A DNA stretch of 19,631 nt from Candidatus Undinarchaeales archaeon (GTDB taxonomy: Archaea; SpSt-1190; JASMDC01). Position 1 is the first letter of the stretch. Every line of letters begins with the position of its first letter. The notes below the pieces were generated by a model. That model did no database searches and was not told the origin of the DNA. It saw nothing but the letters and a program-made list of their open reading frames with translations. The translations under genes and the position numbers were made by a program. Where the stretch lies: the NCBI GenBank assembly GCA_030753015.1, contig JASMDC010000002.1, positions 164,577 to 184,207 of the forward strand, written 5' to 3'. Shown piece by piece: positions 8,059-16,406 of this stretch.

Positions 8059-8625
8059 ATGGAGCCCCTAATACTGGGTGTAATTGTACTATCCGCCCTT
8101 TTCTTGGTTTGGCTCGTTCTGGACAGCCTCAGCTTGACCGTCCGGGACTTCCTCTCCGAGACCAATAACGTCATCAAGATCATGCTAATTGCAGGTGTGG
8201 TCCTGGGGGCCGCAGGCTATCTGAAAGAGACCAACCAGCTCACGGGGATACCCGGAGAGATAGACCAATTGTACACCCTTGGTGCAGGGCTCTTGCTGGT
8301 GTCGGTCGTCTGGGTCGGCTACCGTGCCATCAACCGCAAGTTCAAGAAGAAGCGTGCCCTGGAGATCGAGGAGGCTCGGCGCGAGTACATCCGCAGGGTG
8401 CGTAAGGGACTCACCGTCCAGGACGCTGAGAACCTTGCCCAGAATTACATCAAGAAGCGTGTGAGCGATGGGCGCCTGAAGCCGTACAAGTCCATCCGCG
8501 AGGTCAAGACCTGGCACATCTACTTCGAAGGGAAGAAGAACAAGTACAAGGTCATCGTGGACGCAGACGGCGAGATCACCGATTGGGCCACCCTAACGGA
8601 AGAGGACATCTTCGCCCAGATCTGA
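8059..8625 (+). CDS. Membrane protein (3 TM) with C-terminal PepSY-like domain
   Basis: Three hydrophobic segments and a basic linker, then LTxxDAxxLA...W.IYF...YKVIVDADGEI resembling PepSY. Strong SD and typical codon usage. The domain call is tentative. Confidence 0.7.
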   Translation: MEPLILGVIVLSALFLVWLVLDSLSLTVRDFLSETNNVIKIMLIAGVVLGAAGYLKETNQLTGIPGEIDQLYTLGAGLLLVSVVWVGYRAINRKFKKKRALEIEEARREYIRRVRKGLTVQDAENLAQNYIKKRVSDGRLKPYKSIREVKTWHIYFEGKKNKYKVIVDADGEITDWATLTEEDIFAQI

Positions 8626-8648
8626 GAGGGGCGCGTTCCGCTCCCCTC
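8626..8648 (+). terminator. GC-rich hairpin directly after a stop codon
   Basis: GAGGGG-c-GCG-ttc-CGC-t-CCCCTC. No U-tract. Confidence 0.35.
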
Positions 8649-8726
8649 ACGGTTCACTTCCCAGCGTGAGCGTGGTCCCTGTCCTCGTACGAAACGGATT
8701 TATATCTACGGGGTGAGGTCCGGGCC

Positions 8727-10172
8727 ATGACACTTGTGGATTCGATCGTGCAAGAGCTCCTGGACGACGGATTCAACCGTATCAAGGGTGTTGTGTCGAT
8801 CTTCATCCTCATCCTGACCTACTTCATCCAGCGGCGGGTTCTCACAAAGCTCTGGAGGGCGCTCCGTACCCTGGCAGAGAGCAAGCTGGTCGCCACGGAG
8901 CTGGATGACCGGTTCGTGGAGTACTTCGAGACACCGGCCCGGCTGTTCATCTGGGGCGTGGGTATCATCATTGCCCTCCATTTCCTCGACGTGATCCCCA
9001 TTCTCATGGAGGCAGGCCTGGACCCTACACAGTTATCCACCCCGGAACTGCTCGCTGCGAAGAAAGCGGAGTTTGCCGACCAGTCCTTCACCATCGTCAC
9101 CAGCTTACTGAAGGTCTGTGCCATCATGCTGGTGGCCGGTTTCTTCGCATCACTGTTCAGGGCAACCCTGGAGACCGAGGGGCTGCGGTACGCCAAGAAG
9201 TACACGCCGGACTTCGAGTACGACGACCTCCTGTTCGTGTCCGGGGGCTATCCCCTCTCCCTGCTCATCTACCTCATGGGCCTCGTGATCGCGTTCCAGG
9301 AGGTGGAGGTCTTCACCGGGTTCCTGACGGGCCACGCCCTCACCCTTGGCCTCATCCTCATCAAGATCTTCGTCGGGGTGCTCGTGTCCTACATCCTCTG
9401 GTCCCAGATCGACTTCCGGGGGAAGGAACGCCTGATGGTGACACTCACCGAGGCGGAGAACAAGAAGTACGCCATCCAGGTATGCCAGATGTTCGGCCAG
9501 GTGTCCCGCTACGTGTTCGTGCTCCTCCTCTTCCTCACCGTGGTCACCGCGGCAGGCGTCGATATCACAGCGTGGCTGGCCGGGATGTCGTTCATGGGAC
9601 TGGCCCTGTCCTTTGCCGCCAAGGACACGCTCTCCAACATCCTCTCGGGTGTCTTCATCATCCTCGACCGCCCGTTCCGCAAGGGCGACTACATCAAGCT
9701 CGACACCGGGGTGGAGGGCTACGTGGATACCATCTCGCTCAAGAACATGCGCCTGCGCTCGGTGACCGGCGAGCTCATCACCGTGCCCAACGGGGGAATC
9801 ACCGAGCGGGTCATCTACAACCAGACCCTGGCCTCCAAGCTCACAAAGGAGCTGGCGTCGGAGAAGAAGGTGATCATGCATATCGGCATCTCCTACGACT
9901 CGGACTTCGAGAAGGCCGAGGAGATCCTGCGCGACATCCTCCACGAGAACGTGGACGTCATGGAGGAGAACCACAAGCCCGCCATGGTGTTCATGGTGGA
10001 GCTGGGGGACTTCTCCCTCAACTTCGATGTGGAGTTCTGGTCCAGCGAGGGGAACACCAAGAAGACCAAGCACGAGATCAACACCCAGATCCTCAAGCGC
10101 TTCAACAAGGCAGGCATCAAGATCCCCTTCCCCACGCAGATCGAGTACCAGGTGCACGTGGACGAGGTCTAG
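8727..10172 (+). CDS. mscS: MscS family mechanosensitive channel with extended N-terminal TM region
   Basis: GLALSFAAKDTLSNILSGVFIILDRPFRKGDYI, ITVPNG, IGISYDSD and GIKIPFP. TTTATAT at ~8699. Confidence 0.95.
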   Translation: MTLVDSIVQELLDDGFNRIKGVVSIFILILTYFIQRRVLTKLWRALRTLAESKLVATELDDRFVEYFETPARLFIWGVGIIIALHFLDVIPILMEAGLDPTQLSTPELLAAKKAEFADQSFTIVTSLLKVCAIMLVAGFFASLFRATLETEGLRYAKKYTPDFEYDDLLFVSGGYPLSLLIYLMGLVIAFQEVEVFTGFLTGHALTLGLILIKIFVGVLVSYILWSQIDFRGKERLMVTLTEAENKKYAIQVCQMFGQVSRYVFVLLLFLTVVTAAGVDITAWLAGMSFMGLALSFAAKDTLSNILSGVFIILDRPFRKGDYIKLDTGVEGYVDTISLKNMRLRSVTGELITVPNGGITERVIYNQTLASKLTKELASEKKVIMHIGISYDSDFEKAEEILRDILHENVDVMEENHKPAMVFMVELGDFSLNFDVEFWSSEGNTKKTKHEINTQILKRFNKAGIKIPFPTQIEYQVHVDEV

Positions 10173-10179
10173 AAGGGCT

Positions 10180-10212
10180 AGCGGCCTTCCCCGAGCGTGT
10201 GGGAAGGCCGCT
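10180..10212 (+). terminator. Perfect 12-bp stem-loop after mscS (terminator-like)
   Basis: AGCGGCCTTCCC / GGGAAGGCCGCT with a 9-nt loop, 7 nt after the stop, followed only by TTC. Confidence 0.55.
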
Positions 10213-10259
10213 TTCACCTGAGGCAACCGTTATAAGGATTCAGGGATAGTTACTTGCTG

Positions 10260-11642
10260 ATGGGAGATGTCCTTCTCCTCAATCCGCCGCCGCAGGGCTG
10301 CTACCAGTTCAGGGATATCCTCTTCGGTGACACGCCTCCCGTGGACGTCGTTGAGTTCCCGGTCAACCTCGCCTCTGTCGCCTCATCGCTCCTTGCGTCC
10401 GGTTGCTCGATATCCGTTCTGGATGCGAACGCGCTACAGACCCCCTTCGATGATGTGCTCACCCAGGTGGAGCAGCAGGACCCCGATGTCATCGTGATAC
10501 CGGCCTCATCAACCTCCATTGAGCCCGTGCTGACGGACGCCCGGGCGATACGGGAGGTCGCACCTGACACAAGGCAGGTGCTCATGGGGCTCATCGGACC
10601 CTCCCTTCACAGGAGAGCGCTCGACGTGGTCGATGCCATCTCGATCGATGATCATGAGGAGATGATCTCCGACCTCCTCTCCCGTCCATGGGACCCTGCC
10701 CGCGTCGATGGGCTCATTTGGAGCGACCGTGGCCGGACGGTCATCAATCCTGATCGACCGCATACTGACCTCGACGCTCTCCCCTTTCCCGCAAGGCACC
10801 TGTTCCCTCTCGATCTGTACATCCATTACCTTGTCAAGCAGGACGTGCACTACACGAACATGGTCACCAGCAGGGGATGCGTCCATCGATGCACCTTCTG
10901 CTCGCGGAGTTTCTCGAAACGTCGCGAATGGCGAGGACGTAGCCCTGCGAACGTGGCCGACGAGTTCCAGGAGGTGAGCGAACGCCTTGGTATCCGTGAA
11001 TTCCGGGTGATAGACGAAGACTTCCTTCACGACCGAGATCGTGTTCTTGGCATCGCTCGTGAGATGCGGGAACGGGACCTTGATGTGAACTGGGTCATCA
11101 CTGCCCGTGCGGACGGTATCGACAAGGAGATTGCAGAGGCGCTGGCTAGTGCCGGATGCTTCCGCATAGACATCGGTGTGGAGAGCGCCAATCCGGACAT
11201 CTTGCGCTCCACGGGGAAGGGCGTGGACCTCGATACCGTAAGCAGCGCGTTCTCCACGGTCCATGAGGCAGGAATCGCGGCGGGCGCGCTCCTCATCGTT
11301 GGACTGCCCGGAGAGACATGGGAGAGCGTGGCCCAGAGCGTGAGCTTTGCCAGGGAGGTCGGATCCGACTTCACGATCTTCCGCTCGATCCTTCCCTATC
11401 CAGACACACCCCTCCACACGCAGGCCGTCCGAAAGGGGTGGCTGGACGAGAACGGACATCTCTCTCGCCCAGAGTTCACGGCAGATGACGTCAAGCAGGC
11501 GACGACCTGGGCCTATCGTACGTTCTACCTTGATCCTGCCTTCATGGCCCGGAGGGCTGCACGTGTCCGTGGTGGGCGCGATGCAAGGCACCTACTCCGC
11601 TCGTTCGGAAAGTTCCTCAAGTTCTACAAGGGGCTAGGGTAG
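10260..11642 (+). CDS. Cobalamin-binding radical SAM protein (BchE/HpnJ-like, class B)
   Basis: N-terminal VLLLNPP...DANA B12-binding domain, DLDALPFPAR, TSRGCVHRCTFC, IGVESA, IVGLPGET and PYPDT. TTATAAG ~25 nt upstream. Confidence 0.92.
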   Translation: MGDVLLLNPPPQGCYQFRDILFGDTPPVDVVEFPVNLASVASSLLASGCSISVLDANALQTPFDDVLTQVEQQDPDVIVIPASSTSIEPVLTDARAIREVAPDTRQVLMGLIGPSLHRRALDVVDAISIDDHEEMISDLLSRPWDPARVDGLIWSDRGRTVINPDRPHTDLDALPFPARHLFPLDLYIHYLVKQDVHYTNMVTSRGCVHRCTFCSRSFSKRREWRGRSPANVADEFQEVSERLGIREFRVIDEDFLHDRDRVLGIAREMRERDLDVNWVITARADGIDKEIAEALASAGCFRIDIGVESANPDILRSTGKGVDLDTVSSAFSTVHEAGIAAGALLIVGLPGETWESVAQSVSFAREVGSDFTIFRSILPYPDTPLHTQAVRKGWLDENGHLSRPEFTADDVKQATTWAYRTFYLDPAFMARRAARVRGGRDARHLLRSFGKFLKFYKGLG

Positions 11643-11727
11643 ACCGCTATACCTTGCGGGAGATGCCCTTGATGGTGAGTGGAGATAGAAGCATGAATCC
11701 TCTATCTGGTATGGGACGGTCCTCGCG

Positions 11728-12651
11728 TCATGACAATGGTGCTGCGTACACGTCGTACCGCCCGGGTGGGAGGACTGCCAAGAACCGTCCATCGCCGTCG
11801 GTCTCGGTCGTAGCGGCCAGCACCGTACCTCGATAGATATACACCGTCCGTGCAGCGAGCATCTGGCTCCATACCACGGTATCGCCGTCCATCACCCTCT
11901 CGACCAACCGGCCGCGTACCATACCTTGCGTGGATGGGACCTCTCTGACGTGGTGGACCGTTTCGCCCGGCGGCACGGTCACCTCTTCATTCCTCCCATC
12001 CACGGATAGGACGTGCCGGCCAGCTGTAACAGTGAGCACGGCCGTGCCGTCCTTGTCGAGGGGAACGGCATCCCCGTCCAGCGTCACGGTGACGTTGAGC
12101 GGACGAGACCAGGCCATGGTGCCGTCCGCGTCAGTGATGATTTCGGCGAACCTGAGAATGAGCCGACCGACGGCGGCGGGCACGGGGATGGTGCCCAGGT
12201 CGTCGGCACGTCCTGCCGATACCCGCAGCCCCTGTGGGAGTACCTCCATGGTCCGGGTGGACGAGCGACGCACCGTCCCGTCCGATCTACGGCACGACAG
12301 GGCGGCGTACACCCGATAGCTCCCCGCCCGCACCATGAGCGGTAGCACGGTCCGGACCACGTTTCCGTGGAGGGGCACCTCGTGCTCGATAGGCCTGAGC
12401 AGCTCCTCCTTTGTATCAACGTCCGAGAGCTTCACATAATAGGAGGCGTTGCACTGTTCCCCTTCCGGATTGCTGATGGCTAGGGTGATGTTCGCCCGCG
12501 AGTATGCTTGCACATCCGTAGGCACAGTGAGGGTGATCGCGATATCACTGGGCGGCGACGGTGCCGAGGCCAGGACCACTACAAGCACCATCGCTACGAG
12601 GACGGCTCGATGGGATTGGCAGATCATGCGCCAGCACCTCCTGATGCTCAT
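11728..12651 (-). CDS. Exported beta-sandwich protein (Ig-like plus two prealbumin/carboxypeptidase-regulatory-like repeats)
   Basis: Hydrophobic N-terminus (AVLVAMVLVVVLA), GSYRVYA and TDGDGRF..LPPGRYDV. ATGA overlap with the upstream ORF. Confidence 0.65.
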   Translation of the reverse strand: MSIRRCWRMICQSHRAVLVAMVLVVVLASAPSPPSDIAITLTVPTDVQAYSRANITLAISNPEGEQCNASYYVKLSDVDTKEELLRPIEHEVPLHGNVVRTVLPLMVRAGSYRVYAALSCRRSDGTVRRSSTRTMEVLPQGLRVSAGRADDLGTIPVPAAVGRLILRFAEIITDADGTMAWSRPLNVTVTLDGDAVPLDKDGTAVLTVTAGRHVLSVDGRNEEVTVPPGETVHHVREVPSTQGMVRGRLVERVMDGDTVVWSQMLAARTVYIYRGTVLAATTETDGDGRFLAVLPPGRYDVYAAPLS

Positions 12652-12854
12652 AGGTCGCGGACGATGGGGATCTCACCCGCATCGGTGACGGCGCCTGGTG
12701 CGACGTCTAGAGTGGTATTCTGCGGGCAAGGACCCTCTAGCGGTATGGCTCCTGCGATGAGCGCACCGCGGAGTGATCCTGCCGCGAAGAGGAGGAGCGC
12801 GCTGGCGACCAGTGCAGCGGCGGCGATGATGCCTGTGCGGAAGTTCGGTTCCAT
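12648..12854 (-). CDS. Small membrane/exported hypothetical protein
   Basis: 68 aa, ATG start, one N-terminal hydrophobic helix, ATGA-coupled to the downstream gene. Confidence 0.5.
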   Translation of the reverse strand: MEPNFRTGIIAAAALVASALLLFAAGSLRGALIAGAIPLEGPCPQNTTLDVAPGAVTDAGEIPIVRDL

Positions 12855-12953
12855 GTCGATATATCGTCCTCCGCACTACAAGAAGATTCGTTACGACCGA
12901 GAGGGGGGCAAAAAAAAGAAGGTTCATAAAGCTTTGAACCACATCGGACATCC

Positions 12954-13136
12954 ATGCCTGAGGAAGAGGAGCAGGGTGAGAGCACCGAGACCGGACAGCT
13001 TTCCATATCTATGAGCGGTGTGAACATCAAACAGCCCCGTGAGATCACGCAGACGGACGTGGACATGGCGCTCGAGGCCTATAAGAGGTTCGTCGAGATC
13101 TCCCACGACTCCAACGATGTTGGCCACTATCGCTGA
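12954..13136 (+). CDS. Small acidic hypothetical protein (60 aa)
   Basis: ATG ~24 nt after TTCATAAA. Host-like codon usage; ends 9 nt before the next gene. Confidence 0.6.
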   Translation: MPEEEEQGESTETGQLSISMSGVNIKQPREITQTDVDMALEAYKRFVEISHDSNDVGHYR

Positions 13137-13145
13137 GGTTCCTGT

Positions 13146-13742
13146 ATGCTGTCCCAGCTTAGGCCTCAGTTAGCCCCGTTCTTCGAGTCCATGGCCCGAT
13201 CTACCACGTCGGTGACCACCAATCCCTTCGTGTTCACCATGCTCGGTCTCGTGACGTCCCTGGGTGCCAGCGTACTCATCGTGAAGGGGATGTGGTTGTA
13301 CGCTGCATTCGCCATCGGGCTCGTGGGGATATTCGACGTGCTCGACGGCGCGCTCGCTCGTGTCACCGGGACGGTCACGACCTTCGGCGGGTTCCTTGAT
13401 TCGGTCGTGGACCGGTTCACCGAGATGTTCATACTTACGGGCCTGCTGCTCTCGGGTGCCGTGCCGGCCACCTGGTGCATGCTGGCACTTTTCGGGAGCC
13501 TGATGGTATCCTATACACGAGCCCGGGCCGAATCCCTGTTGGACGACATTCCCATGGGTGGTATCGGGCAGCGGGCCGAACGTCTCGTTGTGCTGGCCTT
13601 CGGATGCGGCCTTTCCCACTGGGACATAGATTATCTGGTGCCGTTCATAATGTTCCTCTGCGCGCTCACGGGTGTCACCGTCGCACAAAGGATAATGGTC
13701 ATGTGGAGGAGGTGTGAGAAAGATAGTAGCAGGGAAGGTTGA
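13146..13742 (+). CDS. pgsA: CDP-alcohol phosphatidyltransferase, archaetidylinositol-phosphate synthase-like
   Basis: Signature DVLDGALAR-x7-GGFLDSVVDR plus SYTRARAE and GIGQRAER, typical of PIP/AIP synthases. The substrate is inferred. Confidence 0.88.
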   Translation: MLSQLRPQLAPFFESMARSTTSVTTNPFVFTMLGLVTSLGASVLIVKGMWLYAAFAIGLVGIFDVLDGALARVTGTVTTFGGFLDSVVDRFTEMFILTGLLLSGAVPATWCMLALFGSLMVSYTRARAESLLDDIPMGGIGQRAERLVVLAFGCGLSHWDIDYLVPFIMFLCALTGVTVAQRIMVMWRRCEKDSSREG

Positions 13743-13998
13743 TGGACCTGTACATCTGGGGGACCTGTTCCTCTACCGCCCTGCTCGGGCTGACGACCTC
13801 GTGGAGGTCGTGCGGGAGGTGACGGTTGAGCTGCGAACTCCACTCACGTCCATGGAGAACGTGACACGCCAGCTGTTCCGCGACCTCATGCCCTTCATGC
13901 GCCGCACCGATGGGATCGCGCTCAAGGGATTCACCGTCCAGCGGGACGTTGTTATTGCGCAAGTGGAGATAGTCCGGCCGATAGAACGGAAGGCGTGA
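13714..13998 (+). CDS. Hypothetical protein (94 aa)
   Basis: GTG start after GGAGG. It fills the gap between pgsA and the next gene and has an alpha/beta-like pattern. Confidence 0.6.
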   Translation: MRKIVAGKVDGPVHLGDLFLYRPARADDLVEVVREVTVELRTPLTSMENVTRQLFRDLMPFMRRTDGIALKGFTVQRDVVIAQVEIVRPIERKA

Positions 13999-14001
13999 GC
14001 G

Positions 14002-14508
14002 ATGACGTCAGACGGGGACGACCGCGAGGAGCATACCGTCGAGAGTGTCGAGCCGTCCAGTAAAGGGACGGTCAGGAAGACACCCACTAGGTTCGAGGAC
14101 CTTGATCCTTTCGAGCTTGGCCGTCTCGCAGGTGTGTATCTAATCGAAGCTGAGGACCGGGGCGAGCTTCTCGGCCGCCTGCGGAACACACTGGGCGAGC
14201 ACGAGCCCGTGGCCGTTGCATATGCTCGCGGGTACACACTCCGTTACCGTTTGGGTCTTCTGTTCCGGTTCGGATTGGTGGTATCTCTGGTACTCATCGC
14301 CGGGCTCTTCGGCGTCCCGGTCGGAGCTGCCAGTCTCCTCTTGGGGGGTCAGGTGCTGGTATGGATGCCCATGGCGCCGATGACGCTCGTGCGTTACCTC
14401 GGTTTTGCGCGCTCCCGGGACGTGCTCCGTGCCGGTGGTGTCCTCTGTTCGCTGGCGGGATTCGTCCTCCTGGCCATCTGGATCCAGGGGCAGCTCCCCC
14501 CCGCGTGA
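14002..14508 (+). CDS. Hypothetical membrane protein
   Basis: ATG 3 nt after the previous stop. Soluble N-terminus followed by about 3 TM helices. Confidence 0.7.
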   Translation: MTSDGDDREEHTVESVEPSSKGTVRKTPTRFEDLDPFELGRLAGVYLIEAEDRGELLGRLRNTLGEHEPVAVAYARGYTLRYRLGLLFRFGLVVSLVLIAGLFGVPVGAASLLLGGQVLVWMPMAPMTLVRYLGFARSRDVLRAGGVLCSLAGFVLLAIWIQGQLPPA

Positions 14509-14551
14509 CCCCGGGGCTAGCTTTATATTATTTCGGCGCATTCTTTCGTTC

Positions 14552-15274
14552 ATGATCATCGGGTTCGACGAGAGCCATAAGGACCCCAAGAACTTCTCCA
14601 TCGACGACGAGGACAACAACGGCTTTTCCAAGCTAGCAGATCTCCTCGAGCGTAAAGGCCACAAGTTGCGCCAGTTCACTGATCCGCTGAAGGACTTGGA
14701 AGTTGACATAGTGGTCGTGGCGTTCCCCAAAGAAAAGATATTCACCGACGAGGTCGACTTTCTGGTACGGTTCGTCCAGTCCGGTGGAGGCCTGCTCATG
14801 ATGGCAGAATGGGGCGGCATCTTCGACAACGCCAAGAACCTCAACGTCCTCGCACGCAAGTTCGGGCTGACATTCAACGAGGACCGGGTGTGTGATGCTG
14901 ACAACATCCAGCCCACCAAGGCAGGAAGGAAGCGTGCCCACAACATCCGCATCACCGGGCTCAACCGCAACTACCCCATCGTGAATCAGGTCCAGTACTT
15001 CGTCATAACCTCCGGATGCTCGATCAATCCCACATACAAGAACCAGATCGTGGCCTGGGGCGGACCGCGAAGCTGGAAGGACGTGGACGGTGATTCGGAG
15101 TATGACGTCGGGGAGCAGTTCGGCTACATCCCCGTGATGGTGGCGGCCCAGTACGGTAGTGGTCGCGTCCTCGCTCTCGGTGATGGCTCCGTGCTCGCCA
15201 ACGAGTTATTTGCGGACCCCAACCACCAGCAGCTCGCTCTTAACATGTTCAGCTGGCTGGGCAGCGAGATCTGA
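14552..15274 (+). CDS. Stand-alone GIFT (IFT52/GldG, DUF4350-like; GATase-like fold) domain protein
   Basis: IGFDESH, GFSKLADLL, FP...FTDEV..LVRFVQSGGGLLMMAEWGG, LN.LA.KFGL.FNED and G.GRVLALGD. TTTATATT at 14522-14529 places the start at ATG 14552. Confidence 0.8.
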   Translation: MIIGFDESHKDPKNFSIDDEDNNGFSKLADLLERKGHKLRQFTDPLKDLEVDIVVVAFPKEKIFTDEVDFLVRFVQSGGGLLMMAEWGGIFDNAKNLNVLARKFGLTFNEDRVCDADNIQPTKAGRKRAHNIRITGLNRNYPIVNQVQYFVITSGCSINPTYKNQIVAWGGPRSWKDVDGDSEYDVGEQFGYIPVMVAAQYGSGRVLALGDGSVLANELFADPNHQQLALNMFSWLGSEI

Positions 15275-15282
15275 TCCGCACC

Positions 15283-15651
15283 ATGGCGTGGAGGAAGCCC
15301 AATCCAGAGCTCATCGACCTGCTCGCCAGTACTATCGAGGGGATCGAGTGCGAGTTGCGCCCCATGTTCGGGTGCCCTGCATATTTCACGAACGGCTACC
15401 TGTTCACCGGTGTCCATCAGGACATCATCATGCTCCGGCTCCCCGTCGAGCTGCGGGCAGAGATGACCCGGGACCATGACGAGGTCATCCCCTTCGAGCC
15501 CATGATGGGGCGGATAATGAAGGCATATGTCGTGCTCCCCGAGACGGTCGTCAACGATCCGGGAGAGCTGCGGAAGTGGCTTGAACACTCGCACGCGCAC
15601 ACCATGGCACTACCGCCAAAGCCACCGAAGAAGCGAAAGGCTCGTCGTTAG
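15283..15651 (+). CDS. TfoX/Sxy N-terminal domain family protein
   Basis: RPMFGCPAYF.NG.LF, FEPM.GR.MK.YV.LP and a basic LPPK tail. Confidence 0.88.
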   Translation: MAWRKPNPELIDLLASTIEGIECELRPMFGCPAYFTNGYLFTGVHQDIIMLRLPVELRAEMTRDHDEVIPFEPMMGRIMKAYVVLPETVVNDPGELRKWLEHSHAHTMALPPKPPKKRKARR

Positions 15652-16349
15652 CCTCGCGCTAGTGCCTCGAGCGACATGACCACGGCCTTGCGGAGGGCCA
15701 CGTCGAACTCTTCGGGTCGGTCCAATCGCTCCTTGAGCCGGCCCTCGGGAAGGTTGCCGTCGACCACCAGCAGTGCACCGCTCTCCAGGCCGCGCAACCG
15801 GGCCACCACGAAGAGTGATGAGCATTCCATCTCCACGGCCACGGAGGTGTCGTACCACTTCGCCAGCTCCTCCTCCGAGAGGTAGAACTTGTCCGTGGTC
15901 CACACGAGCCCTCCGTGACAGGGTACATGCGCTGGCCGGTTGTTCCACAGAGCTTTCACGAGCTCATGGCCGGGCACTGCCGGGAAGCCCTGATCCACGT
16001 ACCGGTCGCTGGTCCCCTCGTCCCTGATGGCCCCGGACGGGATGATGATGTCGCCCATGGCGATTCCCCGTTTCATGGCACCGCATGTCCCAAGACGGAT
16101 GATGCGCTTCGCACCGGCGTTAGCCAGCTCCTCGACGGCAAGGGCCGTGGATGGTGCTCCGATACCGGTGGAGCACACACAGATGTCCGCACCCCAGTAG
16201 GTCCCCGCCACGATCTCGAACTCGCGGTTGGACGCTAGCTTCCGGGGCTCCCGGAGAGTCTCCTCGAAGAGGGCCACACGCTTGGGATCGCCGGTGATGA
16301 CCACGTTGGGCGGGACGGTCTCGACCTTGAGATGGGGCTGGACGGGCAT
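15648..16349 (-). CDS. Nucleoside phosphorylase (PNP/UDP family 1)
   Basis: GDPKRV, NREF, GIGAPS, IRLGTCG, RDEGTS..Y, TDKFY and VEME. TATAAAAG ~24 nt upstream of ATG 16349. Confidence 0.93.
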   Translation of the reverse strand: MPVQPHLKVETVPPNVVITGDPKRVALFEETLREPRKLASNREFEIVAGTYWGADICVCSTGIGAPSTALAVEELANAGAKRIIRLGTCGAMKRGIAMGDIIIPSGAIRDEGTSDRYVDQGFPAVPGHELVKALWNNRPAHVPCHGGLVWTTDKFYLSEEELAKWYDTSVAVEMECSSLFVVARLRGLESGALLVVDGNLPEGRLKERLDRPEEFDVALRKAVVMSLEALARG

Positions 16350-16406
16350 CGAACCACCCACCGCGGTTAGGACTTTTATATCTGCCGCACCCTTAACACC
16401 CTCGGC

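Noticed and set aside
9150-10249. Long alternative ORFs (358 aa on -, 255 aa on +) over mscS
   Set aside because: Shadow ORFs caused by very high GC3 codon bias. They have no motifs and fully overlap a clear gene.
10509-11591. 360-aa antisense ORF over the B12 radical SAM gene
   Set aside because: Antisense shadow with no recognisable features.
12901-12922. A-tract (GGGGGCAAAAAAAAGAAGG) as a terminator
   Set aside because: It lies between divergent starts with no gene ending there, so it is more likely promoter-upstream sequence.
14140-14970. 276-aa antisense ORF, and the 14405 upstream extension of the GIFT ORF
   Set aside because: Both overlap better-supported genes. The TATA box at 14522 supports ATG 14552.
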